A stretch of 64,000 nt of DNA, taken from positions 8,681 through 72,680 of the forward strand of contig JAGCWT010000113.1 of NCBI GenBank assembly GCA_017961705.1, written 5' to 3'. The translations under genes and the position numbers were made by a program. Of the stretch, positions 54,618 through 64,000 are shown in pieces. The notes beneath the pieces were generated by a model. The model was not told the origin of the DNA, made no database searches, and saw only the letters and a program-made list of their open reading frames with translations. Position 1 is the first letter of the stretch. Each line of letters begins with the position of its first letter. This stretch comes from Treponema sp. (GTDB lineage Bacteria; Spirochaetota; Spirochaetia; Treponematales; Treponemataceae).

Positions 54618-54760
54618 CTACGCCGCCGTGGAGCCCCGTCAGTACCGGCCTGAAAGGACGGTATGAGCGGATAGCGAAGGGCGGAAGGGCGGTGACGCAA
54701 AGGCCTATTCGGTCGAATTAGCCAAGGGATAAAATGGAAGAGCGGTCAAAAGTACCGTCC
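54618..54760 (+). repeat. ~145-bp structured repeat, type-2 core
   Basis: Matches the reverse complement of 6796-6936. Confidence 0.85.
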
Positions 54761-54785
54761 AAAAAAACTGGCAAAAATGAAAAAT

Positions 54786-56723
54786 TTACAGCGTAAAGCT
54801 TCCGATTATGTCGCCAAGTGAATTCAAGTCCTGCTGGTTCTTTGTGGATGCAGAATTTACGTTTTCTACGGCCGCAGTAATAACGTCTATGCTGTCCGTC
54901 ATAAGGTTCATCTGGAGGTTTATCTTGGTTGTAACGTTGTTCAGGATTTCCATTTCTTTTACGACCTGTTCGCCACCGGAAAGCATTTCTTTTGAGCCGT
55001 CCTTTACGTAGCTTGTAGCCTCGTTGATTTCTTCCATGGTGTCAAGAACCTTTTGGTTGCCTTTTGCCTGTTCTGCAACAGCGTCCATAATTTCGGTTTC
55101 CTGTCTGCGCACGGTCTGGGTTAGGTCGTAGATTATGTCAAACTTTTTCTGAACCTCTTGTGTGCTGTCTGCAACATTTACGATTGCCTTGGACAAGCCT
55201 TTAAGGTTGTCGCGTATGGATTTGCTCTGTTTTGCTGACTGTTCGGCTAGCTTTCTGATTTCATCTGCAACAACAGCGAATCCCTGGCCTATTGCACCGG
55301 CATGGGCTGACTCAATTGCGGCGTTCATGGCAAGAAGGTTTGTCTGGCTTGCTATGTTCTGGATGATTGCACTTGCTTCCATGAGAGAAGTTGACCTGCT
55401 GATGATGTCCTGGGCCAAATTAACCGCACCCTGGATACTTTTGCGGCCTTCATCAGATGCCTGCCCAAGGGAATTTACGGCATTGGAGTTGTTCTGTAGA
55501 ACTTCCGTTATGTCGCGGATCTTTTCTACCATCTTGTTTACCGCATAGGATGACTGCTTTACGGAAGAAGCCTGCATTTCTATGTTTGCGTTAAGACCCT
55601 TGATGCTGCCAAGAATCTGGTTTGCGCTTGCATTTGCTTCCTGTACGCCCTGGGCCTGCTTGTTCATCTCGTCGCGGACAGCCTGGATGTGGTCCATAAT
55701 GCCGGTAACCTGCTCCATGGCTTTTTCCATGTTTATAGAAAGGTTGGAAGCGTTCTCGTTTGAAAGAATGATTGAATTCTTAAAGCTGGCCAAAAGATTG
55801 TGCATTGTATCCGAGAAGGAATTCATGTCGTTTACAAGGTCGCCAAGTTCGCAGCGGAGTATTATGGGAACAGGTTTTGCGGTGTAGTTCCTCATGCTAA
55901 GCTCTTTTGCCTGGTTTGCAATGTCCGTTATGTTCAGCTTTACGTCGCGTATACAGGTGTAGAAGTCTATGACATCCATGATGATGCAAAGGGCCGCAAC
56001 CGGAAGAATTCGCAGGGCAAGCAGACTGTTGCTTACAAGCCTGTTTTTTGGAATAAGGAATGTTGAAAAAAGGAGGAGGCCAAGTCCTATAAGTGCAAAG
56101 CCGGAGATTGCCAGTATGCGCACTACAAGAGACATGGTTTGGTGCTTTGTCCTGTATGGCAGCCAGTAAATGGTGTGCTCTACGCTCTGCAAAAAAAGAA
56201 TGTAGACGAATGTTCCAAAGATGAAGGTTACGCCTATGATAAGAAAGACAAGGTACATTAGCGGAGATTTTCCGCTAAAGGCTTCCCAAGACAATCCCCT
56301 GGCAAGATAGCGCGCGTGGTAGATGTTTGGCAAAGTGGCGGCACAAGCGATAGGGAGTATTATGGAAATGTTTTCAAAGGTGCGTACGGTTTTGTTTAGT
56401 TTTTCAATGGAATCTTCTGAATGGTTGTAGGATTCTATGTTTTTTTTGTACCAGCGGAATGTAACAATCGGCAAAATCAGCTGGATTGCAAGGAAAATGT
56501 AAAGCACCGGGTCTGCCAGCGTATGGAAAAACTCTTTAAGGGACATTGCTCCCATAAAGCAGGCAATGTAGCCCCAGAGGAGGGGTGTTATCAAGTAAGC
56601 GCCTAATAATAATGGAAGCGTGCGTTTTTTTATTAACTCTGGTTTTGTTGAGTCGTTGTTATTTTCAGTTTGAACAACTTCTTCGGTTGAAATACCGAAT
56701 TCGTCCAAAGAAATTTCTTCCAT
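54786..56723 (-). CDS. Methyl-accepting chemotaxis protein with multi-TM sensor
   Basis: [38 protein letters not shown]; about six N-terminal TMs. Confidence 0.95.
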   Translation of the reverse strand: MEEISLDEFGISTEEVVQTENNNDSTKPELIKKRTLPLLLGAYLITPLLWGYIACFMGAMSLKEFFHTLADPVLYIFLAIQLILPIVTFRWYKKNIESYNHSEDSIEKLNKTVRTFENISIILPIACAATLPNIYHARYLARGLSWEAFSGKSPLMYLVFLIIGVTFIFGTFVYILFLQSVEHTIYWLPYRTKHQTMSLVVRILAISGFALIGLGLLLFSTFLIPKNRLVSNSLLALRILPVAALCIIMDVIDFYTCIRDVKLNITDIANQAKELSMRNYTAKPVPIILRCELGDLVNDMNSFSDTMHNLLASFKNSIILSNENASNLSINMEKAMEQVTGIMDHIQAVRDEMNKQAQGVQEANASANQILGSIKGLNANIEMQASSVKQSSYAVNKMVEKIRDITEVLQNNSNAVNSLGQASDEGRKSIQGAVNLAQDIISRSTSLMEASAIIQNIASQTNLLAMNAAIESAHAGAIGQGFAVVADEIRKLAEQSAKQSKSIRDNLKGLSKAIVNVADSTQEVQKKFDIIYDLTQTVRRQETEIMDAVAEQAKGNQKVLDTMEEINEATSYVKDGSKEMLSGGEQVVKEMEILNNVTTKINLQMNLMTDSIDVITAAVENVNSASTKNQQDLNSLGDIIGSFTL

Positions 56724-56762
56724 GTATAGGCTCCATACTTTTTATTGTTCTTATTATAACTG

Positions 56763-56796
56763 AAAAAAGGGCAGTCTACAATAAGTAAACTGCCCT
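56763..56796 (-). terminator. Intrinsic terminator after pfkA
   Basis: AGGGCAGT..ACTGCCCT stem followed by a T run on the minus strand. Confidence 0.75.
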
Positions 56797-56819
56797 AAAA
56801 TGCAAAATTAAACGAATAA

Positions 56820-58244
56820 TTATTTCTTACCCATGCTGTTGACTTTTTCAAGTCTTGCAATGGCCTTCTGGTTGGCTTCTTCTGCTGTCTTGCGCTGGTA
56901 TTCTGTAACTGTGTTGATGTTGTTTACCATATAAACTGGCTGGAGTGTAGCATCCAAACAGTCACGCCAGAGTGAGCTTTCCGGGTCTACGGTGTTGCGC
57001 TTGAGTGTTGCCATTGTGATTGGGATGTGAACGTACTTGTCGTGGACAAGGCCAATAACAATCTTTGTCTTACCAGCCATTGCTGCGTGGACGGCATTGT
57101 TTCCAAGGCGCTCGCAGTAGATGGAGTCGTTTGCGGTTGTAACTGATGCGCGTACTTCGTAGCTTGGGTCAATGTACTTAAGGTTGATGTGGAAGCTCTT
57201 GTTTGCAAAGTATTCAGTTATCTTGTCGCGGAGGAAGATGCCAATGTCTGCAAGCTTCTTGTTGCCGGATGCGTCTGTCTGGTTGGTTGTTGTAAGAAGT
57301 TCCTGTCCTGCACCTTCTGCTACTACGATAACTGCGTGGTGGCGCTTTTCGAGGCGTTCCTGGAGGTGGGCAAGGAATCCGTTTGGACCGTCCATGTCAA
57401 ATGGAACTTCCGGGATAAGGCAGAAGTTTGCCTCATGGCTTGCAATGGCGGCTGCTGTAGCAATAAAGCCAGATTCGCGTCCCATGAGCTTTACGAGACC
57501 AATACCGTTAATCTGTGAGTGGGCTTCCATGTGGCATGAATTGATAGCCTGGGTTGCCTTCTGAACTGCTGTTTCAAAACCGAATGAGCGGTCTATGAAC
57601 TGAAGGTCGTTGTCTACGGTCTTGGGAATGCCAACAACGGCGATTTTTAAGCCGCGGCGGTCAATTTCGTTTGCAATGTCCAAGGCACCGCGCTGGGTTC
57701 CGTCACCGCCAATTATGAACATAACGTTGATGTTGAGGCGCTCTATGGAATCTACGATGTCTGTTACACGGTCTCCGCCACCGCGTGAAGTTCCAAGGAA
57801 GGAACCGCCAATCTTGTGGATTGTGTCTACGTTGTCCGGGTTAAGATCTACTGTGTTGAAGCCCTGTTCTGTAAAGAAACCCTTGTAGCCAAAGCGGATG
57901 CCACGGATTCTGCGGACACCGTAGCGGTTCCAAAGGCAGCGTACTACAGCACGGATTACGTCGTTCAAACCTGGGCAAAGACCGCCACAAGTACAAATGC
58001 CGGCTGTAACGTGAGCAGGGTTAAAATAAATGGTTTCTCTTGGACCTGCTTTTTCCATAAGGTTGGACATGTCGTTGGCATCGCCCTTGTCGTCCTCAAA
58101 AACATTCACCAGATTGCGGACAAAAGATGTGTCCTTAACATAAGTTGCACGGAAGTCACCGTGTTCATGTGAAAGTTCAATTGGAGAGCGGACTTTGCAT
58201 TCTCCTAAAGTTTCAACGGAAAAATCGTATTTTATTTTGTCCAT
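56820..58244 (-). CDS. pfkA: ATP-dependent 6-phosphofructokinase (clade X type)
   Basis: [50 protein letters not shown]. Confidence 0.93.
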   Translation of the reverse strand: MDKIKYDFSVETLGECKVRSPIELSHEHGDFRATYVKDTSFVRNLVNVFEDDKGDANDMSNLMEKAGPRETIYFNPAHVTAGICTCGGLCPGLNDVIRAVVRCLWNRYGVRRIRGIRFGYKGFFTEQGFNTVDLNPDNVDTIHKIGGSFLGTSRGGGDRVTDIVDSIERLNINVMFIIGGDGTQRGALDIANEIDRRGLKIAVVGIPKTVDNDLQFIDRSFGFETAVQKATQAINSCHMEAHSQINGIGLVKLMGRESGFIATAAAIASHEANFCLIPEVPFDMDGPNGFLAHLQERLEKRHHAVIVVAEGAGQELLTTTNQTDASGNKKLADIGIFLRDKITEYFANKSFHINLKYIDPSYEVRASVTTANDSIYCERLGNNAVHAAMAGKTKIVIGLVHDKYVHIPITMATLKRNTVDPESSLWRDCLDATLQPVYMVNNINTVTEYQRKTAEEANQKAIARLEKVNSMGKK

Positions 58245-58464
58245 AAGACCTTACCTCAAAAAAGACTGTCTGGCGCAAAAATGCACCTTATTTTTCAATC
58301 TATTAACATAAACTGTTAAGCGCATATTGTCAATTACTTGGGCAAAAAGAAGCAAGATAGGAATTGGTGGGGCCTGCGAAATCGGAAGGACCTTAGCATA
58401 TAAAACTGCCGCAAGACTACTTTTTTTTTTCTATTAAATATGGCAAATTATAGTTGAGGGAAAG

Positions 58465-59235
58465 ATGAGGGACGAATCCTGGAACAGGTTTGAAGAACAA
58501 GAGCGCATGGAAAACAGAAAGCACAGTGAGCCTTCTGATGAATACAGTTTTTATGAAGCGGTTGCAAGCGGAGACATAGAAACTGTTGAGCAGAATTTTG
58601 CCCGCGGTGATTTTGTAAACCAAGAAGGTAAGGGCAAGCTTTCCCTGAATTTTTTGCGCAACACAAAGTATCATTTTGTGGTTACGGCAGCCCTGGTTAC
58701 CCGCTTTTGCATAGACGCTGGCATGGAAAACGAAGAAGCCTACACCCTTAGTGATTTTTACATCCTAAAGATGGACGAATGTGCAGACATACAGAGTGTT
58801 GTTGCCGTGTACACGGACATGGTCATGGACTTTACCAGAAGAATGCGGGTTCTAAAAAGACCGGCATCCCTTTCAAAGCCAGTGCTAAAGTGCATAAACT
58901 ATATTTACGAAAATCTTACCAGGCAGATAAAAATAGACGAATTGGCCAAGGTTTCTGACCTTTCGGAAAACTATCTGTCGCATTTGTTCAAGAACGAGAT
59001 GGGGGTTAGCCCGGCAGACTATATCCGCGAGCAGAAGATTGTCTACGCAAAGCAGATGCTGCTCAATTCGGATTATTCGGTCATGCAGATAGCGGACATG
59101 CTATCCTTTAGTTCGCAGAGCCATTTTGTTCAGGTGTTCAAGAACATGGTGGGGCTTACCCCAAAGAAATTCAGGGAGCAGAAGCCGGAATTCCTTAAGA
59201 ACAAGAAGGGAACAGGGTATGAAAAAAAAGACTAA
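58465..59235 (+). CDS. AraC-family transcriptional regulator
   Basis: LSENYLSHLFKNEMG, AKQML, IADMLSFSSQSHFVQVFKNMVGLTPKKFR. Confidence 0.93.
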   Translation: MRDESWNRFEEQERMENRKHSEPSDEYSFYEAVASGDIETVEQNFARGDFVNQEGKGKLSLNFLRNTKYHFVVTAALVTRFCIDAGMENEEAYTLSDFYILKMDECADIQSVVAVYTDMVMDFTRRMRVLKRPASLSKPVLKCINYIYENLTRQIKIDELAKVSDLSENYLSHLFKNEMGVSPADYIREQKIVYAKQMLLNSDYSVMQIADMLSFSSQSHFVQVFKNMVGLTPKKFREQKPEFLKNKKGTGYEKKD

Positions 59236-59755
59236 CCGTTTTGCCAGATTGATTCTTGTTGCAGCATTTATTTTTACCGTTCAGTTTTTTTCTGCACAAG
59301 CAAGGGCACTGGAAATTTACCGTCCGGAAAATTTTGGCAATATGAATATAGTTCCCTGCATGATTAGGGTTACGGATATGGACGGAAACGATGCGTCTTC
59401 TTCCATAATAAGCATTTCTTATTCATGGTATTACGAGATAAACAAAAAGAAGGGAAAGTGGCTGCACCGCTATTGGAACGGCTGCTTTACCGGCGGAACC
59501 GTAGTTCACCTGGACATGAAGAGCGGCAGCTACAAAATATCGGTTTATACACCTGTAAAAGACCAGTCTGAATATGTTTCGCTTACAAGGCAGGAGTGGA
59601 CTTCAAACGAATTTATCTATAAAACGGGAAGCCCCGCGCTAAATGTTATTTTTGTAAGCCCGGTTGCAAATGACAACGGATTTTATTCTGGTGCATGGCA
59701 CATTGACTACCGCGCCCCAAAATTCTATATCTACACCAAGCCAAAGATGGAATGA
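59219..59755 (+). CDS. Exported hypothetical protein
   Basis: MKKKTNRFARLILVAAFIFTVQFFSAQARA signal peptide; overlaps the AraC stop. Confidence 0.7.
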   Translation: MKKKTNRFARLILVAAFIFTVQFFSAQARALEIYRPENFGNMNIVPCMIRVTDMDGNDASSSIISISYSWYYEINKKKGKWLHRYWNGCFTGGTVVHLDMKSGSYKISVYTPVKDQSEYVSLTRQEWTSNEFIYKTGSPALNVIFVSPVANDNGFYSGAWHIDYRAPKFYIYTKPKME

Positions 59756-59944
59756 TTTGGTTTGTAAGGATAAAAACTGGAATTTTTGCATAAAAAAGCC
59801 TAAAAAATTTGGAATTCAAGGAGAACTTGAAAGACAAAAGTTTTTTTTAGTGATATAGTAAGCCTATCACTTCTAAATTTGTCTTTCAAAACTTGGGAGT
59901 AGTGCTCGTTGAGTACCTTGTATCTTAAAACAGGAGGAACTGAT

Positions 59945-60118
59945 ATGTCGGCAGTTTCTGATAAATCTAACTTGCAAACACAAAAACTGCTACAGTTACC
60001 GCTTGTAAACCTTATGCAGGAATATGTTCAGCAGAGAAAGACACAGGGAATAATTAACGGGTGTGGCCTATACGACCAGGCTACTTTTGAAGATTTTGAA
60101 GGGCAGACCAGCGCCTAA
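59945..60118 (+). CDS. 57-aa small protein upstream of XRE-1
   Basis: AGGAGG RBS; MSAVSDKSN...FEGQTSA. Confidence 0.55.
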   Translation: MSAVSDKSNLQTQKLLQLPLVNLMQEYVQQRKTQGIINGCGLYDQATFEDFEGQTSA

Positions 60119-60164
60119 GACTTTTTTTCACATGCGTTGGCTCCCGGTATTTTAGGAGAAACGG

Positions 60165-60440
60165 ATGTGCAAGATAAATAAACCAATAATAAATATAGAA
60201 GCAACCGCCGCAAAGATAAAGGAATGTAGGATACGTGCGGGCTATTCGGTTCGCGAAGTCCAAGCAATTTTTAATTTCTCTAGCCCAGAGGCAATCTATG
60301 CCTGGGAAAAGGGAAAGTATCTTCCAACAATAGACAACATGATTGTTATTGCCAACATCTACGGTGTTTCTGTCGACGAATTCATTGTCCGCGACTTTGT
60401 GGAAGTGGTGTGCGAGCTTTCTGAAGCCAAGTCTGCTTAA
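60165..60440 (+). CDS. XRE-family HTH regulator 1
   Basis: IKECRIRAGYSVREVQAIF..PEAIYAWEKGKYLPTIDN. Confidence 0.9.
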   Translation: MCKINKPIINIEATAAKIKECRIRAGYSVREVQAIFNFSSPEAIYAWEKGKYLPTIDNMIVIANIYGVSVDEFIVRDFVEVVCELSEAKSA

Positions 60441-60571
60441 AAACAGTTCCTGCGTTTTTAAAGAAGCTCGCTAATGACACAAATTTGTTTTGGTGATATA
60501 TTAATGACATAAAGCGTTGAAGCAACGCAAAAGTTGGCTCCGGCTGGCTTACACTTAAATGGAGGTTCAGA

Positions 60572-60745
60572 ATGAACGCTATGAACATCAACAAGTTTCA
60601 TTTTCATTCCCATGAAGAAAGTCATTCTTCTGAACATTCATGCGTGCATCATAGCCACGAAAGTGAATGCCAGTTGGAAAGCAGTTTGGAACATTCAGCT
60701 TCCTTTAGCTGCAAGTCAATTTTTGTAAGAGGAGCTTTGGCGTAA
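60572..60745 (+). CDS. 57-aa His/Cys-rich small protein upstream of XRE-2
   Basis: Below the ORF-track cutoff; GGAGG RBS; MNAMNINKFHFHSHEESHSSEHSCVHHSHESECQLESSLEHSASFSCKSIFVRGALA. Confidence 0.6.
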   Translation: MNAMNINKFHFHSHEESHSSEHSCVHHSHESECQLESSLEHSASFSCKSIFVRGALA

Positions 60746-60790
60746 ACCTTCCTAAGAAGCGTTGGGGCTCCAAAAATAGGAGTTATCAAC

Positions 60791-61078
60791 GTGAAAACAA
60801 CATTTCTAAGACCTGTACTTGATGTGGACGCTACAGGCGCAAAAATCAAATCACTTATGAAGCAGCGGGGAATCACTCCCAGGCAGCTGCAGGTTATCCT
60901 CAACTTTCCCTATGTGCAGACTGTCTACAACTGGTTTGCCGGTAAGAACATGCCAACAATAGACAACCTTATTGTTCTTGCGCAGGTTCTTGGCGTAACC
61001 GTGGACGAGATTATCGTTACAAAGATGGTTGATATAGAGATTGAGGATATGCAGGGAGTGGAAGCTCTTATTGCATAA
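60791..61078 (+). CDS. XRE-family HTH regulator 2 (paralog of XRE-1)
   Basis: ATGAKIKSLMKQRGITPRQLQ..VQTVYNWFAGKNMPTIDN; GTG start. Confidence 0.9.
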   Translation: MKTTFLRPVLDVDATGAKIKSLMKQRGITPRQLQVILNFPYVQTVYNWFAGKNMPTIDNLIVLAQVLGVTVDEIIVTKMVDIEIEDMQGVEALIA

Positions 61079-61084
61079 GCACCC

Positions 61085-61171
61085 GGAGAGATGGCAGAGT
61101 GGTCGATTGCGGCAGCATGCTAAGCTGTTATGGTGGTAACGCCATCGGGGGTTCAAATCCCTCTCTCTCCG
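61085..61171 (+). tRNA. tRNA-Ser(GCT)
   Basis: GGAGAGA/TCTCTCC acceptor stem, GCT anticodon, long variable arm, GGTTCAAATCC; CCA not encoded. Confidence 0.93.
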
Positions 61172-61176
61172 CTACC

Positions 61177-61248
61177 GGTCGGTTCGTCTAACGGTCAGGA
61201 CAGCTGGTTTTCATCCAGCAAACGAGAGTTCGACTCTCTCACCGACCT
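61177..61248 (+). tRNA. tRNA-Glu(TTC)
   Basis: GGTCGGT/ACCGACC acceptor stem, GCTGG-TTTTCAT-CCAGC anticodon arm, GTTCGAC; CCA not encoded. Confidence 0.93.
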
Positions 61249-62751
61249 TTAAAACTTTCTTTCCAGGCGGTCAAATCCGTCGGTAAGTTTCTTTGCAATT
61301 TCCACAAGCTTTGCAAGGTCCCCTTTACGCGCGCCCTCTATGTTAAGCGGCATAACCGGGTCGTGCAAAGAAAGCCTAAGAAGCATCCAGCCCTTTATGT
61401 CTTCGCTGTTAAAAGAAATTCTTACGCCTTCATAGGAATGTGGCAGAGTATAGCCTGCAGCAGAAGCCCTCTTTTTGAATTCATCAAGAACCTTTAGGCC
61501 GTATTCCTTAAAGTCCTCCCCCTTGATTTTAAAGCGGAATTCTCCGTCTTCTACGAGTGGCGGAAGTTTTTCTATAAGGGAACTCAAGTTTTTTCCCTTT
61601 ACGGAAGCCTGGGCAAGGGCAATGATAAGCTTTACCGCAAGGAAGGCTCCGTCGTCCAGGAAGTAGTTGTCCTTTAGCGCACCGTGGCCGGAAGTTTCCA
61701 TTGCAAGCGGGGCAACCGTTCCAGAAGCGTTAAGTTCCTTCTGCTTGTCAATAACATTCTTGTATCCGCGCTTAAAGCAAAGGTGCTTTAGACCAAGAAC
61801 GTCTTCAAGGAAGTAGGTAAGCCTGTCGGAAGTAATGGAATCCGTAATGATTGTAGAACCCGGGTATTCAGGTGCAAGAATTGCCGCAATCATTGCTATG
61901 ATAGAGTCGCGGTTGATTTCCCTGCCGTCGTTCAAGACTGCACTCATGCGGTCAACGTCTGTGTCAAAGATAAGGCCAAGATCCGCCTTGTTGTTTAGCA
62001 CGGCATTCTTTATGGCTTCCATGGCCTGCTTGTTTTCCGGATTTGGAATATGGTTGGGGAACATTCCGTCCGGCTCCAGAAACTGGCTGCCAGTCGTGTC
62101 TGCTCCAAGCGGCTTAAGTATTTTGTCTACAAAGAATCCGCTGGCACCGTTACCGCTGTCCACAACGATGTGCAAACCTTTAAGCGGCTGTTTTTCGTCT
62201 ATGTCCTTTAGCGCAGATGCAATTTTATTCTTTAGGTATTCGGCGTAAATGCTTATTAAATCCACCGACCCAACAGATGCTGGTGCAGAAGCCTTTTCTA
62301 CATTGGCCTTTTCTGCTTGCGAAAGGATTTCTGTTATGTCGTCGTGCTCAAGACCGCCGTCTTTGTCAAAGAATTTGATTCCGTTGCGGTTAAAGGGAAG
62401 GTGGCTTGCCGTAATCATTGCAGCACCGGTAAAAGCTGTTTCCTTAAAAACAATGGACATGAACATGGAAGGTGTGGTTGCCATTTTGCAGTCAACAACG
62501 CTTGCACCTGCAAAAACAATTCCTTCCATAAGGGCAGCAGCAAGGTCTGGACCTGTAATGCGGGAGTCGCGTCCAACACCAATCTTTAGGTCTTTTGCCT
62601 GGCATCCTGATTTTTTTGCAAGCCAATTGGCAAAAGCATATCCTATCTGCCTTGCAATCTGGGGCGTAAGGTTTACGTTTTCTCCTTCAACACCTTCAGA
62701 AGCAATTCCGCGGATGTCGCTGCCGTTCTGAAGTTTCATAAAAGCTGTCAT
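61249..62751 (-). CDS. Phosphomannomutase/phosphoglucomutase
   Basis: NGSDIRG, ITASHLP..NGIK, FDTDVDR, METSGH. Confidence 0.93.
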   Translation of the reverse strand: MTAFMKLQNGSDIRGIASEGVEGENVNLTPQIARQIGYAFANWLAKKSGCQAKDLKIGVGRDSRITGPDLAAALMEGIVFAGASVVDCKMATTPSMFMSIVFKETAFTGAAMITASHLPFNRNGIKFFDKDGGLEHDDITEILSQAEKANVEKASAPASVGSVDLISIYAEYLKNKIASALKDIDEKQPLKGLHIVVDSGNGASGFFVDKILKPLGADTTGSQFLEPDGMFPNHIPNPENKQAMEAIKNAVLNNKADLGLIFDTDVDRMSAVLNDGREINRDSIIAMIAAILAPEYPGSTIITDSITSDRLTYFLEDVLGLKHLCFKRGYKNVIDKQKELNASGTVAPLAMETSGHGALKDNYFLDDGAFLAVKLIIALAQASVKGKNLSSLIEKLPPLVEDGEFRFKIKGEDFKEYGLKVLDEFKKRASAAGYTLPHSYEGVRISFNSEDIKGWMLLRLSLHDPVMPLNIEGARKGDLAKLVEIAKKLTDGFDRLERKF

Positions 62752-62829
62752 ATATTTTCTCCTTATTTTTTATTGCAAATTTTGAACAATCCTATTTTAA
62801 AGCTTTGCATAAGAATTGCCAATAGGGTT

Positions 62830-63111
62830 TGGAGCCACCTTTTTGGTTATACTGTGCCCGGCACTTCGTGTCCGGTCAGCTCCATGCAATTTTTACTAAA
62901 TCGCAAACAAGGAGCGCCATGGAGGGCGCGTCATTTGTTTGCGGAAACATACGGCAAGTTTTCCGTTGGAAAACTTGTGGGGAAAAATTGCATGGAGGCA
63001 ATTTTTCCCCGCTTTCCAGGGTCGCTAGAAACTTCGTTGCGAAATCCGGCTTTCGCCTCCATTGCCTAAAGGCAACCGCTTCGCGGCCCTTCCAATCGGG
63101 GCTAGGCTCTG
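62830..63111 (-). repeat. Long mosaic of palindromic repeat modules
   Basis: Combines modules found at 4120-4326, 5588-5610 and 20175-20235. Confidence 0.8.
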
Positions 63112-63144
63112 TTTAAATTCGTGCATAAGAAATAAAATATCTTG

Positions 63145-63447
63145 CTACTGAATCCTTGTGTCCATAAAGATTACGTATTCTTCATCGCCCACAAATTTGC
63201 TAAGCTTCCACAGCTTTTGTGTATAGGTAAAATAGAGCTTGTAGTATTCACTGCCAGAAATTTTATATATAACCTTTACTTTGTTTGTATCAAATTCATA
63301 GGAATCAGGCTCACCAAATTCCTTGGAAACATCAGCCCTTGAAGTTCCTAGGGCTAGTTTTTCTATCATAATTATTTTTTCCCTGCCAAAGGTAAAGCAA
63401 TTTACAAAAAGTATTATTGCAATAAGAAAAAGTCTTCTGCTAAGCAT
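63145..63447 (-). CDS. Small exported protein with SmpA/BamE-like motif
   Basis: GAGGT RBS before MLSRRLF; LALGTSRADVSKEFGEPD. Confidence 0.55.
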   Translation of the reverse strand: MLSRRLFLIAIILFVNCFTFGREKIIMIEKLALGTSRADVSKEFGEPDSYEFDTNKVKVIYKISGSEYYKLYFTYTQKLWKLSKFVGDEEYVIFMDTRIQ

Positions 63448-63546
63448 TTTTAACCTCTTGCCCCCAATTCCTTCTTTGAGTTTAACATTTAAGTTGATTT
63501 TGTTACAAGGCTTTGACTTTTTATACAAAGATTATATAATAGAAGA

Positions 63547-64000
63547 ATGAATAAGTTTGCAAGATTGTTATTTGCCGGTGTTTTTTTTCTGTTTACAATT
63601 ACAATGACTGAAGGTTGCGCTACTACGCCAGAAGATCAGCAGCTATTTACAGAGGATTCAACCTTGTCTGCCGGAAGCGAAGAAAAGTCTAAAGAAGCTA
63701 AGTCTGTGGATTCAAAAGCAAAGGATTCCAAAGCAGCGGATTCCAAAGATTCAGAGAGTTCTGAAGGTTCCAAAGATTCAGAAGGTTCAGAAGAAATTTC
63801 CCAGGAAGATGAAGTGCCTGCCACTGTTGTGAACATAAAGGGCCGCTCTTCCACCGACTTGAAGGTTCCGCAGGTTGTTGAACAGTACAAGCTTTCTAAG
63901 GTTGTGCGCGTTTCTCCGGATGTGGTTCAGGCTGTCTATAACAATACGGAAACAAAGGGCAAGGTTCTTACCGTAACAAAGGCTTACGGAAACGTTGTTC
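63547..64000 (+). CDS. Lipoprotein with Ser/Glu/Lys low-complexity linker (runs off the right edge)
   Basis: TTGACT-16 nt-TATAAT 6 nt before ATG; MNKFARLLFAGVFFLFTITMTEGCATT..DSKAKDSKAADSKDSESSEGSKDSEGSEE. Confidence 0.8.
   Translation, partial: MNKFARLLFAGVFFLFTITMTEGCATTPEDQQLFTEDSTLSAGSEEKSKEAKSVDSKAKDSKAADSKDSESSEGSKDSEGSEEISQEDEVPATVVNIKGRSSTDLKVPQVVEQYKLSKVVRVSPDVVQAVYNNTETKGKVLTVTKAYGNVV

Noticed and set aside
59800-61250. Prophage or ICE remnant at the tRNAs
   Set aside because: No integrase, no duplicated tRNA 3' end and no phage genes are visible.

Overview
A 64-kb chromosomal window that reads as a gut/rumen-type Treponema (spirochaete lipoprotein signal peptides, Treponema-style Wzi, clade-X PFK, MCP); the taxon call is inferred from gene style only. 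Left to right it contains: (1) an array of large beta-helix (GGAI/GGGIY-repeat) surface lipoproteins interrupted by a Fur-family zinc module (regulator, Cys/His membrane peptide, ZnuA-like binding protein, COG0523 GTPase); (2) an unusual lipoprotein built from MalK C-terminal domains; (3) pyrBIC bracketed by inverted copies of a structured repeat; (4) a mobile mystery protein A/B cassette between perfect 36-bp direct repeats of the arginase promoter; (5) a ~33-kb surface-glycan decoration locus (20.3-52.8 kb); (6) nuclease, MCP, pfkA, AraC, two tandem peptide+XRE units, tRNA-Ser, tRNA-Glu and a phosphohexomutase. The glycan locus holds a Dlt-like adenylation/decarboxylase/2xMBOAT/2xSGNH module, Stealth/Wzx/Wzi genes, an Arn-like Fuc4N cassette, a broken VapBC pair, and a four-gene operon of two YidC-domain/LtaS-like phosphotransferase fusions, a cytidylyltransferase-PLP enzyme fusion and a TagF-like transferase. 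That YidC-fusion operon is the best candidate for an undescribed system. All calls come from reading motifs by eye; no searches were run.
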